Below are positions 1-15,490 of a stretch of DNA of 64,000 nucleotides, one piece after another. Location of the stretch: the NCBI RefSeq assembly GCF_009914755.1, contig NC_060947.1. One strand, given 5' to 3'. Under the pieces are notes generated by a model that worked only from the letters and a program-made list of their open reading frames with translations, did not search any database and had not been told where the DNA came from. Source of the DNA: the human T2T-CHM13v2.0 reference genome, Homo sapiens. Numbering within the stretch: the stretch's first letter is position 1; each line of letters opens with the position of its first letter. The position numbers were made by a program, and so were the translations under genes.

Positions 1-270
1 ATGCCATTTTTATGAAAATTAAATTTGCATAAGAATAGTCTACAGTGCTTAAGAAAAAATATTTATATAATAACCATATAAGACATTTTCACATTAATAA
101 AGAGCATTACAGGATAGTGGTTTCCCAATAAGAGGAGGCAGGAAAATATTTTGGTAGAAGAGTGTACAGGGAGCTTTCAGTATATTTTGTAATGTTTTAT
201 TTCTTAAACTGGGTGATTGATAGATGGGTGTTTGTTATTTTAATATTTATAAATATTATGTATGTTTGAA
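1..270 (+). mobile_element. Ancient L1 (L1ME/L1MC-type) 3' end fragment
   Basis: Motif gggagctttc...tgtaatgttttatttcttaaactgggtg...gatgggtgtttgttatt resembles old L1M 3' UTRs. Confidence 0.55.
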
Positions 271-369
271 AGTTAATAAATATTAAAAAAAACTCTTCAT
301 AGATTACTAACCTACTAAAAATATTTGCATTTAGGAAGAAAAGGGTGGCTGTGAATAAACACACTTTAA

Positions 370-745
370 ATGCTTCGGTTATCCATTGCTGCATATCAAA
401 CTACCCCAAAACGTAGACGTTTAAACAACCATTTTATTTGTACCTGGCATCTTTGTGCTCCTCTATGTGACTTTTCTCCTCATGTGGCATATTTGAGCTT
501 CCTTACAGCATGGTTGTCTTAGGGTAGTCATATGCCTTGTACATTAATATTTTCAGGAGGGAGCAGTACAGTTTGAAGCTACAGTTTCCTTAATGTCCAA
601 TTTCATAAGTTACACAGTTTCTTCTGCCACATGTTATTGGAAAGTCTAGATTCAAGAGGAAGGGAAATAGACTCCATCTCTGGATGGGGGCATGGCAAGT
701 TCCATATTGCAAAAAACATTGTGAAATGGGAGCTATTATTGCAGC
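370..745 (-). mobile_element. MLT1-family MaLR LTR remnant
   Basis: ttatccattgctgcatatcaaactaccccaaaac...cttacagcatgg...agattcaagaggaagggaaatagactccatctctggatggg matches antisense MLT1 LTR. Confidence 0.7.
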
Positions 746-1079
746 TAACACTGGAACACAATCTATCATATCAATATTAAAAGTTGTCATTCTGAGATGT
801 TGGATAATTGGTGATTTTTTTCAACATTTGACTTCTCAGCACTCATCAGTTTGTCTACAATGATCATAAATACAATGTTTAAAAGACAAATTATCTAATG
901 TAGAAAATAAAATCTTACCTCATAATAAAATTAACAGTAGGTTAGCATTGGTTATTAAACATTTCTTATTTGAATATAGCTATGAAACTTTTATAAATAT
1001 GATCTGGTATCTTACCTTCTAAACAATAAAATCTAATACAAAAATTAAAATACAAAAATATTCAAAGAAAACTTCACTT

Positions 1080-1265
1080 TTGACTTCTTATCCTCTCCAA
1101 CTACACTGTGCCCCCACTTTTTTCTAGCTGTTGAAGACAGTCTTCTATAATTATTGGGTAATCATTTTGTCTCCATTTCCTTACCTCCCATTTAAACTTT
1201 AACCCATCCCAAACTTCCTTTTGGTATACTCACTACATAAAGCTGCCATGTTCAAAGATCATTAA
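1080..1265 (+). mobile_element. L2 LINE fragment
   Basis: ctccatttccttacctcccatt...aacccatcccaaac...gctgccatgttcaaagatcatt resembles L2; more L2 at ~1750-1825 (cagttgctcaagctagaaatctgggagtcatctttga). Confidence 0.5.
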
Positions 1266-1829
1266 ACATTTAATTAAAGCCAGTACTATGAATGAGAGAA
1301 TAGTGACTAGAAATAGAGAAGAAGTTACTCAGATAAAAATAGTCATTGCAACTACAAGTCTAGAAACTTACAAGTTTAGTTAATATCAATATTACATGCA
1401 CAGAAGAAAAACATAGTTATTGTAAATCATTGCATTATTATGTACAAAAAACAATTAGAGATAATGGGTAAGAAAAATGGCAGATTGGGCAAAGTGGAAA
1501 AGCAGATTGGAGAAATAGAAATTACACTCAAGTAATGGGTTTTCCCTCAAATGGAAACGTAAAGCAAAAGAAAAAATAGAATTTGACAGAGAAAGATTGA
1601 TTTAAAATTTCCAACTCTATTTAAAGGGGGGTTTAGAAGGAGAAAATAGTGAGGCTGGAAAGGAGAAAATAGCTTAATTCACCATGTTCAAAAAGAATTC
1701 CCAGCAGTATTTATCTTCTAGACTTGATCATACAGTATTGTTAAATATAGCCATAATCCATTCAGTTGCTCAAGCTAGAAATCTGGGAGTCATCTTTGAT
1801 ATATTTTTTCACTCAATAATCTTAGATCA

Positions 1830-2168
<339 letters not shown>

Positions 2169-3069
2169 TCATAACATCTCAAATATCTCTAGGTTCTGTC
2201 ACCATTTTGTTCCTGCTTCCTAATACTTTGTAAATAGTTTCTTTTTGTACATGTTTGTTCTAGTCCTATCTCTTCTCCATATCATATCTACCATATAAAG
2301 TAATATGCATATGTATGTGTAATCTCTTCCTTTATAAAGTGCCAGTTTATGTTTTAATTTTCTATTTTTTTTTGCATGGTCATATTTTTCTAATTAATTG
2401 AAACTATATTTATATTAACTCAATGTTGTAAAAATGTAGACAGATATGCTCATTGATTTCAAACTTTTTTTTGTTCTGTTATTTAAAGACATTCCAAATT
2501 TGGGGGTAGCCAAATGCAACTGTCTATTTAAAATGTGCCTTAAATATGTGTGTGAGAGAAAGAGTGTATTAGCTTCTTTCTGGACTTTAGATTCGGCCAT
2601 GTTGATTTTTTGGTTCTTTGTACTATATTTTATAATTATCATAAATTTATGATTTTTAGTATGTCTATTTTAAAACATATGTCTTTATTATTAGTCTTAC
2701 AAGAAACACTGAATATACTCAAGGTAGAATATTTAGCACAATTTTACTATGACTGGATTTGCAAGTAGGTTTTTTTAAAAAAACTAATTTGGGCCAATTC
2801 AAAATTTTAAAAAATAATTTAAAAATTGGGGGTTTCAGATTATTGTTTTTAATATTACAATTACATTATGTCTTTATCTTGAGTAATGACTCCTAGGAAA
2901 TAGCTTGATCTTCCACCAAAGGGTAGTGGTTAAATAGAATATATATGAGAGAGAGAAGAGTTTAGATATTTTGATTCAGTTGAAATTAAAACTAAAATCA
3001 TACTACCATCTAATAATGTAATTTATTCTTATTTGGCCATAAATGCTTTGTGATTTGCTTTTAGCTACA

Positions 3070-3567
3070 GAACTGATGTGGACTTCTAAGTCTAGTTCTC
3101 AAAAGGTCTTGAGAATTTCTTGGAATTTCATTTCTGAAATTTTTTCTCAGTTGTGTGATGAACTGCAGGCTAGCCTGATAGAGACATGTGACTCAGCTGA
3201 TAGCCACCACCAAATTGTTAGAAATGTGAGTTTAGACCATTAAGGTCCAACTGAACCACCAAATGACTGTAGCTATTTCAATGACAGTGGGAAAGACTAG
3301 CAGAATTGTACAACTGAAGCCAGTCCTTATTGTCAACTTTAAGAATAGTGAAAAAAAAAATGGTTGGTATTTTGAGCCACTAAATTTTGAGATAATTTGC
3401 TTTGCAGCAATAGGCCATTGATACAAAAATTGGTACCTAGAAAAGGAGTGTTGCCCTAACAAAACGTGAAATGTAGCACTGTTTTCGAGACTAAGTGGCA
3501 AGGGGAAGCTGGAAGAGCACTTTGTTTCATGAAATCCTGAGGCAGAATGTTAAAAATATCAGTTGGA
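3070..3567 (+). mobile_element. MLT1 LTR followed by start of MLT1 internal sequence
   Basis: LTR 3' end tttgagccactaaattttgagataatttgctttgcagcaataggccattgataca (~3425), then MaLR internal start aaaattggtacc... Confidence 0.7.
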
Positions 3568-4609
3568 TTCCTTGTAAATTCTAGATATCCCTGTAGTATA
3601 CATAGTTTGCAAATATTTTCTCCCATTCTGTAGGTTGTCTGTTCACTCTGTTAATTATTTATTTTGCTGTGCAGAAGCTTTTTAGTTTAATTAAGTCCAA
3701 TTTGTCTATTTTTGATTTCGTTGCTTGTGCTTTTGAGGTCTTAGTCTTGAATTCTTTGCTTAGAACAATATTCAGAAGAATTTTGCCTAGGTTTTTTTCT
3801 AGGTTTTTCAAAAGAGGACATACAAATGGCCTACAAGCATATAAAAAACACGCTCATCACTAATCATTCAGAAAAATGCAAATCAAAACCACAATGAGAT
3901 ACCATGTTATACCACTTGGAATGGCTATTATTAAAAAGATGAAAAAATAACAGATCTTAGTGAGGATGTGGAAAAAAGGGAATGGTTAGACACTGTTAGT
4001 GGGAATGTAAATTAATGCAATGACTGTGGAAACAGTATTAAAATTTCTCAAGAACTAAAAATAAAATTACCATTCAATCCAGCAATTCCACTACTGGGAA
4101 TCTACCCAAAGGAAAAGAAATCATTATATAAAAAAGATACCCACAAAAATATGTTTATCAAAGCACTATTCACAACAGCAAATGTGTGTAACCAACATAA
4201 GTGTCTATCAATGGATGACTGGATAAGACAATGTGGTATATGTATACCATGAAATACTATTCAGCCATAAAACGAGTGACATCATCTATTTTGTAGCAGC
4301 ATGGATGGAACTGGAGACCATTATCTTAAATGAAACAACTCAGAAAAAGAAAGTCAAATACTGCATGTTCTCACTTAAAAGTGGCAGCTAAATAATGTGT
4401 ACACATGGGGGTATGGAATGACAGACATTGGAGATGCAGAAGCATGGGGGTGGTGGAGGGGGTGGATGACTAGAAATTACTTAATGGGTAACAATGTACA
4501 CTGTTCTGGTTATAGATATACTGAAATCCCACATTTCACCAATACACAATATATTGATGTAACAAAATTGAGTTTGTACCTCTTAAATTTATGAAAATTA
4601 AAAAAAAAC
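3568..4609. mobile_element. L1PB4-like insertion with 5' inversion (3568-3803 minus, 3804-4609 plus)
   Basis: Antisense ORF2 segment abuts sense ORF2 end, 3' UTR and A tail; imperfect TSD aaaatatcagttgg / aaagtatcaattgg. Confidence 0.88.
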
Positions 4610-6307
4610 AAAGTATCAATTGGGAGCTTATAGTTCACATGATAGGCACTGCAAGAGAGAGATGAGAGGAAGGAACTGTATAGAATGCAACTCAGGACTT
4701 GCTATTTTACGTGTCCACCATCTCCAGCTGACCAAAGATTCTCAAAGTAAAAATAATCCTTTATGCTGAAATCATGATCATTTATTATAACCTGGCTATA
4801 GTATACAAGTACTCATATTTTATTTAGTCTATAAAATATTAACTGTGGGATACCTAAAATACCAAATAAGTAATAATTAGTAAGTACACTAGTTATTAAC
4901 TTATTCCCTAACTCTCTTAATTCATAGGTTTAATGATTTAGAGCTTTAATTCAAAATAATTGATTTGAAAAAATTGGCCTATACAAAGAAGTTTCTTTTC
5001 CAAGGAAGAAATAAACAAAACATCTATATCTCATAGTTTAATGTGTTTTATTATATGACCCTGGGTAAATTTTATCTCCTTTGAGAGAGCTGCCAAAAAT
5101 ATTTCTTCTAATAAGAAATACTAATATACCTCATAGATGGAATCTTGGAGGGAAAAGACAAGTATTGACACACACAATTGACCAAGTTGGTCTCTCCTGG
5201 TAGTTTAGTAGCTAAACAAACAAACAAAAAATAAAACTTTTTAAAAAAATCTACGAATACCAATAATTGCATGCAGCAGCATCATTTTGGTAAATAGAAT
5301 GTGGGAAAGACTGACTAGGAGCAGGATTGCCCTCTAATTATTTCTCATCTTTCCCAGCTTGCCCAAGGAAATATCTCTCAAATGAACCTGAGAACTTAAA
5401 GAATGTAAAAGGAAGTTAGATACATTCATTTTCTTTTATGCTTGATGACTTAGGTCATGTAAAGTCAAGGCCAGTCTTCTGACCCTATTCACTGAGTTTA
5501 TATTACGGGATAATAATTACTGGTGCTATCATTGTCATTACTACTATTGCTACTGATACTAGTAGAATAATAGCAATAATATTAAATCCAATTGTAATTA
5601 TAATATTATTCATATCTTATATGAAAATTAAACATACTAGAACTAGGTAAATCAGAGTAATGTTCCTAAATATTTTACTATCTATAGGAAAAATGGCGGG
5701 AAATGCTTGCCTATCCACCTCAAAAATTGATATGTAAAAACTGTGAAAAATCACAAACAATTTCACTAGGGGGAAAATCCTTTAGGTTGTTTTTCTTGAT
5801 TTTGTGTAGGAAAACAAAATAATAAGGAATTTAGCAGTGGAACAATAAGAAGTTGGGACAACAGAAAATAGGACTGAGAGTTAGCCAGCCTGCATCCCAC
5901 TCTTAAATGCAGTATCACTCTTTGAATCTGGTGATTAAGAAAGATTGATAATCTGGGGGGAAAAACAATTAATTTCTAGGTAATGAAGGGACTGATTATT
6001 CCCAAGTTGGGTCATGAAATGTATCCTGTATTCAAGATTACCAAATGCCTGAGGAAACTCTTACACGTAAGGTAAAATACTGTCCTATGTGATGAAGTTA
6101 GTGTTCTGGGAAACTGCCTCTTGAGCAGCACTTTGATGGCTTTGCTGGCAGTTGAAACTGTCCTAATCCCATTAATTAAAGGCACTTCCTACACATTCCC
6201 TCCCACAAATGATTCCTAACTTGCAAAGAAGGACTAAAGGGATTGAGAAATAAAAGGCTGTGTTTGAATTGTGATTTCTTTTAAGTAGTGAGAAAAATTG
6301 CCAGTAA

Positions 6308-6715
<408 letters not shown>

Positions 6716-6794
6716 TAGAAAGCTAATGTGAAAATAAGAAACCTGATTCTTCTGAGAGAGTGGAGGAGCTCCACCTGGCAGGATAATGACCACT

Positions 6795-7300
6795 ATTTTA
6801 GCAGGGGCTTCCTAGAAAATCTGAGACTGAAGGAAAATCTAATACTTCATTGAGGAGGTAATAGTGTGGTGTGAGATTTTTTAAGGGGAGAAATAAGGCA
6901 AATGAGGAAGGAGAAACAAACGTAAGAAAATATATTACTGCGATGGTCACAGCATTCCAACATGTGCTGCTGGTAGCTTGGTTTACTAGAAAGGATGGTT
7001 CTCCCTGGTTTACATCTACTAGTAGTAGAAAGGGAGAATTATATATGCCATTTTTGTCTCCTGTGATTAAATATTTACCCACAGAGCATCAACTCCCTTG
7101 TACTACTTATTTTCACCATCAAATTTCTTTTGGTTAGGGAAGCCAGATCCTAAGATAGCAGTGGCAGCCCCCAGTGCAAGGTGGTGACAGAGCTCAATAA
7201 GTCTTCCTTCAGGGTAGATTGAAACCTCTTCTCTGTGGCTTATAAGCATGACTGGTGACAGTCAATCTTCCTGGAGGGTCATCAGAGCACCAAGCAGAAC
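6795..7300 (-). mobile_element. Probable old ERVL-class LTR remnant (LTR16/LTR50-like)
   Basis: Degenerate similarity to antisense ERVL LTRs (ggcttcctagaaaatctgagactgaagg...gggagaattatatatgcc...cagagcatcaactccc). Confidence 0.35.
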
Positions 7301-7901
7301 ACCATTGCCAAGTGAATTTAGGGAAATGCATAAACTGTGCCCAGTACAAACAGTAATCAAAAGTTGAAGGTATCTGTCTGGATTTATGACATCAAGGATG
7401 GTGTAAGTAGTTCTGAACCAGTGCCTCTTATACTGGCTGGAAGATAGATTTATATCCAAACCAAATGAGCCTTGAGTTGGAACACTAAGGAAAAGCTTCA
7501 TGATGAAGTATGACACTTTCTCTGAAGAAATACTAAAAAAAGAAGAGAAAATGGCTCATCTCAAGAAATATTTTTTGCCACTGAATTTGGGACTCAGTCT
7601 CTGCTAATTTGTTCAAGAGCCAACAATCTGGTACAACTAAGTTAGAACAAGCAACATCTCACAGCTCTTTGATATAAATCTTCAACTAGAGAGATTTTAC
7701 TATAGGCCTGTCCCTTATGGCCTCATGACTTGAACTGTGGGAATACTCAGCCCTGTTTTTCCAGAGGTAATGGTCAACTCTAGCCTGAATCAAAGTTTAT
7801 TGGCCAGTGTACCTGGATCCCCTTTGGTTCTCAATCTTGCATATCACCATATGGAGACCATGGCAACTTGGCATCATCAGTGGCCACTCAAGGAAGCAAG
7901 T

Positions 7902-8221
7902 GACTCCACCCAGATTCATATTTTAGATGTAACTTGTCAAGGTCTTATTTTCTTTAAGCTAAAAGGCTCTTCCATCACCAAATCATAGTGGATACACACT
8001 ACTAAGGCACTTAAATATATGAAGCATACCTCAATACATAAGATTGTGAATATTAGAGGCAGACTCCACCCAGATTCATATTTTAGATGTAACTTGTCAA
8101 GGTCTTATTTTCTTTAAGCTAAAAGGCTCTTCCATCACCAAATCATAGTGGATACACACTACTAAGGCACTTAAATATATGAAGCATACCTCAATACATA
8201 AGGTTGTGAATATTTGAGGCA
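7902..8221. repeat. 160-bp tandem duplication (2 copies)
   Basis: 7902-8061 and 8062-8221 identical except for 2 substitutions. Confidence 0.98.
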
Positions 8222-10030
8222 GATAAACTTCTGTAACTCATGATATTATCAGTAGGTAGTGTTGGGAAGTGAGGATCTAACAAAGGGAGAATGTAAAATA
8301 ATTGACTTCTGGGCTATTAATACTAGAGTTGTGTTAAGAACTAAGAATCTTAGTTACATCTAAAACTTGTGTAGCAAAACACCAGTTATGATGTAGCTAT
8401 CTTATTGACATACAGTATTAACAAATGCCTTCGAAAAGAAGAATGAGTGGTGAAATAATACATACATTAAGCTAAGTTAAAATCTGTTTGTACTCACTTG
8501 GACATAACTATTCACAATACAATTACTTGATTTTCAACATGTAAATAGTATTCATGAGCATTGATGTGCAAATTGATATATGCATGTAAGTCATAAGCTT
8601 TAAATGATTAGGAATATGGAAATCATTTAAAGGTAATTCAATCTTTTATAACAATTTGTAATTTAACTGATTGTTGAATATTTTTATATTGAAACATTCA
8701 CTTTCTTCAGTTTGGTTTCAAAAGGATATTTTATATGAATACATTTACATTTTAACTCATAATTATGTCCATCATATCTTATGTGTGAATATAGGCATTT
8801 ACTTTGAAGAGTTTAAAATGCAGTTATATCTAGCTGTTTGAATACTCTCTATATTAAAATATAAAAAAAATTGCAGACAAATTTATCAATTGCCATTTCC
8901 ATAACAACCAAAGGAAATTCAAAAAGACTCTTCACACCACTGCTCAAAATAATTTCCCAAGTCTTATGTATTAAAAAAAAAATCTCATTTAGATGACTCT
9001 ATGCTCAGTATTAAAATGAAAAACTATAAGGGTAACTATATTTCCCTAACCCATACACTATTATAAATGTGGCAAAAAAATGACACATTTATATGTTCAT
9101 TTATTGTACACATATTCAAGTTATCAAATCAAAATATCACCATATAGAGTTACCTGAGTAAATATTGTTGAACTGGCTCAAGTGGCTCATTAGGAGTCAT
9201 GAAAATCTCCAAAGCTCCCAAGTGATCCTGATCCCATAAGAAGCACATAGTGTAGTGTTGCTCATATGTAACTCAGATGTGTTTTAGCCACCCTCCTCCC
9301 TTGCCCCAACTCCTGACTTCCAATAGACTAGATTAAGTTAATCATTAATTCTTTTAAAGATAGGTCTGTAGAAAATTTGAATGACCTGAGGCAATCAACA
9401 TCTTACCAACAGCTAGCCCTTGGGAGGTTTCTAAGACTAATTTAAGGGAGAACAAGGAAAAGCAACTGACAAAACTCTTATTTGTCTAATTAAACTTCTA
9501 GTCATTTAATACCAAAGGAATTTGATTGAACATATTCATGGACATCACTAAATAATAACAATGCAACAATAAAGCATTTCTTAATGAAATGTATATTAAA
9601 ATTCTGTGGAAAACTCTTCTGTGAACCCTCATACCACTTTTTTCTTCTTGGATATGGAAGAGATCATTACTAATGAGTGAAATAGTGATATGCAATTTAT
9701 AAACAAAATGGATTTTCATTCTAAAGGTGGAACTTGCTTTCAAGTACCCAAATGTCTAACTTGACTATTTCAAAATGAACTACAAATATTGATCTATCAG
9801 CAGATTGTGCTTCAATTTGGACATGCATCAATTTATATCACATCTGGGTAGAAAATAAAATAGTATTTGGCAAAAAGATGAAAGAATATTTGTTAAAGTC
9901 TATATTTAATATGCCCACTTATTTTTTCTTAGAAGAAATGAATTCAAGCAGTCACTATTAACTTGTGAGAAATCACTCCTTTGGAGCTCAATATCTGGCA
10001 ACATGGTTTCCTTCTCTGAAGAATCTAAAA

Positions 10031-10092
10031 CAGTTTCTCTAAGTGTGCTTCCAAGATTAGCAGGATTAGCATCACCTGGTAACTTGCTAGAA
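10031..10092 (+). mobile_element. MER5A (hAT-Charlie) first part; resumes at ~12543-12577
   Basis: cagtttctctaagtgtgc...gcatcacctggtaacttgctagaa, continuing at agaaattcaaat...cctaccccagacctac. Confidence 0.7.
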
Positions 10093-11335
<1,243 letters not shown>

Positions 11336-11745
11336 AATATTTTTCAGCCTTACAAAATAAGAAAATTTTGTCATTTGTGATAATACTGATGAAACTAGAA
11401 GACATTTTGCTAAATGAAATAAGCCAGTCACAGAAAAATAAATACTGCATTATTTCATTTATATGTGGAATTTTAAAACTTTGAACCAAAAGGCAGAGAG
11501 TAGAATGATGGCTGCGAGCGGAAAGGGGACTAGGGGAAATAGGGGAATTTTGGTCAAAGGGTATAAACTTTCAGTTATAAGTTGAAACACACTCAAGACA
11601 AGTACAGCATAGTGATTACAGTTACTAATAATGTATTGTTTACTTGAAATCCGCTAGGAGAGTAGATCTTAAGTGTTTTCACTGCATACATAAAAATAGT
11701 AACTATGTCAGGTGATGGATATGTAAATAAGCTTGACTGCGGTGC
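11336..11745 (+). mobile_element. L1MA8/9-like 3' end fragment
   Basis: ggtcaaagggtataaactttcagttataag...gagagtagatcttaagtgttttcac...ggtgatggatatgtaaataagcttgac. Confidence 0.8.
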
Positions 11746-12440
11746 AAGAATGGCCATTAATGAAAAGTCTAAAAACAATAGAGGTTGGCATAAATGTGGT
11801 GAAAGGGGAATGCTTATATACTGCTGCTGGGAATGTAAATTAATACAACCTATATGGAAAACAGTAGGGAGATTCCTTAAATAACTAAAAGTAGATTTAC
11901 CATTTGATACAGCAATCCCACTACTGGGTATCTACCTAAAGGAAAACAAGTCCTTATATCAAAAAAACACCTGTACATGTGTGTTTATTGCAGCACAATT
12001 CACAGTTGCATAGATATGGAACCAACCTAACTGCCCATTGACCAATGAGGGGATAAAGAAAATTTGGTGTATATATACACCATGGAATACTACTCAGCCA
12101 TAAAAAATGAAATAATGTGATTTGCAGCTATGTGGATGGAGCTGGAGGCCATTATTCTAAGTGAAGTAACTCAGGAATGGAAAACCAAATACCATATGTT
12201 CTCACTTATATGTGGGAGCTAAGCTCTGAGTACACAATGGCATACAGAGGGATATAATAGATTATGGAGACTCAGAAAGGGGAAGGTGGGAGGAACAAGA
12301 GATAAGAAACTACATATTATTCAGGTGACAGGTGCACTAAAATCTCAGACTTCACCACTATACAATGAATCTATGTAACCAAAAATCACCTGTACCCCCA
12401 AAACTATTGAAATTTAAATTTAAAATAAAAAATAAAATAA
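11746..12440 (+). mobile_element. L1PB2-like 3' fragment with A tail
   Basis: ggcatacagagggatataatag...caggtgcactaaaatctcagacttcaccactatacaa...ctattgaaatt followed by A-rich tail. Confidence 0.85.
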
Positions 12441-12577
12441 AGTAATATTGATAAAACTCATTCACTTGGAAAACAAACCCAAATCTTATGCAAGCCAGTC
12501 AATAAAAGCCTATAAATGAACAAAAAAGAATAAAATAAAGAAAGAAATTCAAATATAAAGTCCTACCCCAGACCTAC

Positions 12578-13848
12578 TGATATGGTTTGGTTCTGTGTCC
12601 CCACCCAAATCTCATCTTGAATTGTAACCCCCACATGTCAAGGGAGGGACCTGTAATCCCCACATCTTGAGGAAGGAAAGTGATTGGATCATGGGAGTGG
12701 TTACTCCCATGCTGTTCTCATGATAGTGAGTTATCATAAGATTTGATGGTTTTATAAGGGACTCTTGCCTCTTCCCTTCACTCTTCTCTCTCCTGACACT
12801 ATGTGAAGAAAGTCTTTGCTTCCTCTTCCCCTTCTACCATGATTGAAAGTTTCCTGACACCTCCCCAGCCATGTGGGACTGTGAGTCAATGAAACCTCTT
12901 TCCTTTGTGAATTACCCAGTCTTGGGTATTTCTTTATAGCAGTGAGTAAACAGACTGATACAGTAAATTGGTACCAGAGAGAGTGGGGCACTGCTATAAA
13001 GATACTTGAAAATGTGGAAGCAACTTTGCAACTGGGTAACAGGCAGAGGTTGGAACAGTTTGGAGGACTGAGAAGAAGGCAGAATTATGTAGGAAAGTTT
13101 GAAACTTTCTAGAGACTTGTTGAATGGTTCTGACCAAAATGCTGATAGTGATATGGACAATGAAGTCCAGGCTGAGGTGGTCTCAAATGAGATGAGGAAC
13201 TTACTGACAACTGGAGCAAAGGTCACACTTCCTATGCTTTAGCAAAGAGACTGGCAGCATTTTGCCCCTGCCCCAGAGATCTGTGAGATCTCTGGAACTT
13301 GAGAGAGATGATCTGAAATTGGAATGTTTAAAAGGGAAGCAGAGCATAAAAGTTAGGAAAATTTGCAACCTGATGATGTGATAGGAAAGAAAAACCCATT
13401 TTCTGGGGAGAAATTCAAGTCAGCTACAGAAATTTGCATAAATAACAGAGAGCCAAATGTTAATCCCCAAGACAATTGGGAAAATGTCTCCATGGCATTT
13501 CAGACACCTTCTTGGCAGCTTCTCCCATCATCACAGGCCTGGAGGCCTAGGAGAGAACAATGGTTTCACGGGTGGGGCCCAGGGCTCCCCTGCTCTGTGC
13601 AGCCTCCAGACTTGGAGCCTTGCATGCCAGTGGTGGCTAAGAGGTGCCAAGGTACAGCTTGGGCATTTGCTCCAGAGGGTGCAAGCTCCAAGCCTTGGCA
13701 GCTTACCTGTGGTATTGAGCCTGTGGGTGCACAGAAGTCAAGAACTGAGGTTTAGGAACCTCTGCCTAGATTTCAGGGGATGTACAGAAATGCCTGAACA
13801 TCAAGGCAGAAGTCTGCTGCAGGGGCAGAACCCTCATGGAGAACCTCC
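12578..13848 (+). mobile_element. THE1 (THE1D-like) MaLR: 5' LTR 12578-12962 plus truncated internal region
   Basis: LTR tgatatggtttgg...gactgataca then gtaaattggtacc internal start; homology ends abruptly after ccctcatggagaacctc. Confidence 0.92.
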
Positions 13849-13879
13849 TGACTGGCAAATGTTCAATATTGAATTGTCT

Positions 13880-14838
13880 GGATAATGTGTCCATTTTGCT
13901 TTAATTCAAGGATTATTATTTTTATAGTAATGTATTGTTTATTATAATTCTAAGTTGAGCATTATTTTCTTTCAGTAATTTAAAAGATAGCTTTCAGGGA
14001 CATTGCTGTATTTCAAATCCTCAATTAAAACTTTAAAATAATAAATACAATAAGGAGGCAAAAAGAATGTTATAGAGGAAAGGAGTGTCATGAAGTCAGC
14101 TATGGCTCTGTGGTCTATAACTTCTTTAAAGGAAATCTATTTTTTTTTAATTCTGGTTGCTTTTAAGATTTTTTCATTCCTTTTATTTTGCATTTACAAC
14201 ATGGCGTAACTTGGTATAAATATATTTTTATTTCTCTAATGTGGGATTCCTTCATATTCTTGAATCCAAGGATTGAACTTTCCATCAGTTCAGAAAAACT
14301 GTTACTTATTCTTTCAAATATTGCTCTAAACTGTTCTCTTCTATCTTCTCCTGTTGGTATTCCAATTAAAATTGTGATAGGCAATTTCTCATTTTGTCCT
14401 CAAAATCTATTATTTTATTCTGTAGCTCTGATTGCTTTTTACTCTCCTTATTTCATTTAAAAAATTTATACTCACCTATCTCCCAGTTGACTACTTCTGT
14501 CTTTCACTATGTCTAGTCAGCTATTGATCTCATTCTTCTTAGGACGTTCTTTTTCAGTTTTCATATATTTGCTACTGAAAATTTCATATATATGTTACAG
14601 AAAATTTTAATGTATTATTTTCTAGCCTTGAACATAATAACTACAGTGGATTTTTCCACTGTTACTTTCTAACAACATACATGTACTAATATTTCCAAAA
14701 ACTAAGGCCTTGCAGCTGTTTGTCTAATTTTCTGCTTATTCTTTTTCATTGAGTCTTGTTCCCTGGTTAAATTGTTACATTCAACTGTGCTTATTGTGTT
14801 TGAAAAATTATTTGTAGAAATAATTTTGACTTAATATA
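13880..14838 (-). mobile_element. Ancient L1M/HAL1 ORF1-region remnant (resumes after provirus at ~22370-22860)
   Basis: T-rich antisense ORF1-like text (tctggttgcttttaagattttttc...ttcttgaatcc...tctttcaaatattgct). Confidence 0.55.
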
Positions 14839-14842
14839 ATAT

Positions 14843-15455
14843 TGAAGCAGTGTCATTCACCTGGGGTAATACCCAAGGTTTGTTGCCTCATGCCAAGGAA
14901 ATCAAGGACATGGACACATGTGGAGTGAGGTTAAGAGCAGAGGTTTAATAGGTGAAAGAAAGAGAAAAGAGTGGGTCTTCCCAAGTGGGTCTTCCAGTCC
15001 CCTGGTGAATTGCACAGGGCTTTGTAGACTGGCTTGAGGAGGCGGTGTCTGATTTACATAGGGTCCAAAGATTGGTTGGACCAGGTGTGACATTTACATA
15101 GCAGGCAAAGAAGCTGGAAACCCCACCCTAATCTTTTATTATACAAATGGGTTTTCTACCTGGCCAATGCCATGTTGTCTGCTCCTAACTGTACACGTGA
15201 TTGACAAAGAAAAGGGAAGATGGGGCCACCATGTTGAACATGCCTAGCCCCCAGGTAGCCTTTTCCTATTGTCACAGCTGCCAGCATTCACCCATGCAAA
15301 CTTCCATCTTGCTTATATATGTCTGCAGCTCGATTTTATGGGCTGCTTTTTGTTAGAAAAGAAATGATTTGGGTGCTGCTTTTTATTAAAAGGAAACCTT
15401 AGCAAGAACTTCCTTACTCTCACTATCTGCCTAAATAATTTCTTTTTAACTTCTA
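14843..15455 (-). repeat. 3' LTR (LTR9 family)
   Basis: Aligns with 21724-22363; lacks the inner terminal TGATA and has a ~25-bp deletion; adjacent PPT reads cctgagaggggaa on minus. Confidence 0.92.
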
Positions 15456-15490
15456 ACTTCCCCTCTCAGGAGTGGTAACCCTAACTGCTA

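Noticed and set aside
5194-5237. Possible retroposed tRNA-Glu 5' fragment (ctcctggtagtttagtagcta plus A-rich run)
   Set aside because: Only 16/21 identity to tccctggtggtctagtggcta and no TSD; too short to support
13363-13885. 130- and 142-aa overlapping ORFs
   Set aside because: Lie within decayed THE1 internal sequence; same for ORFs at 56317-57323
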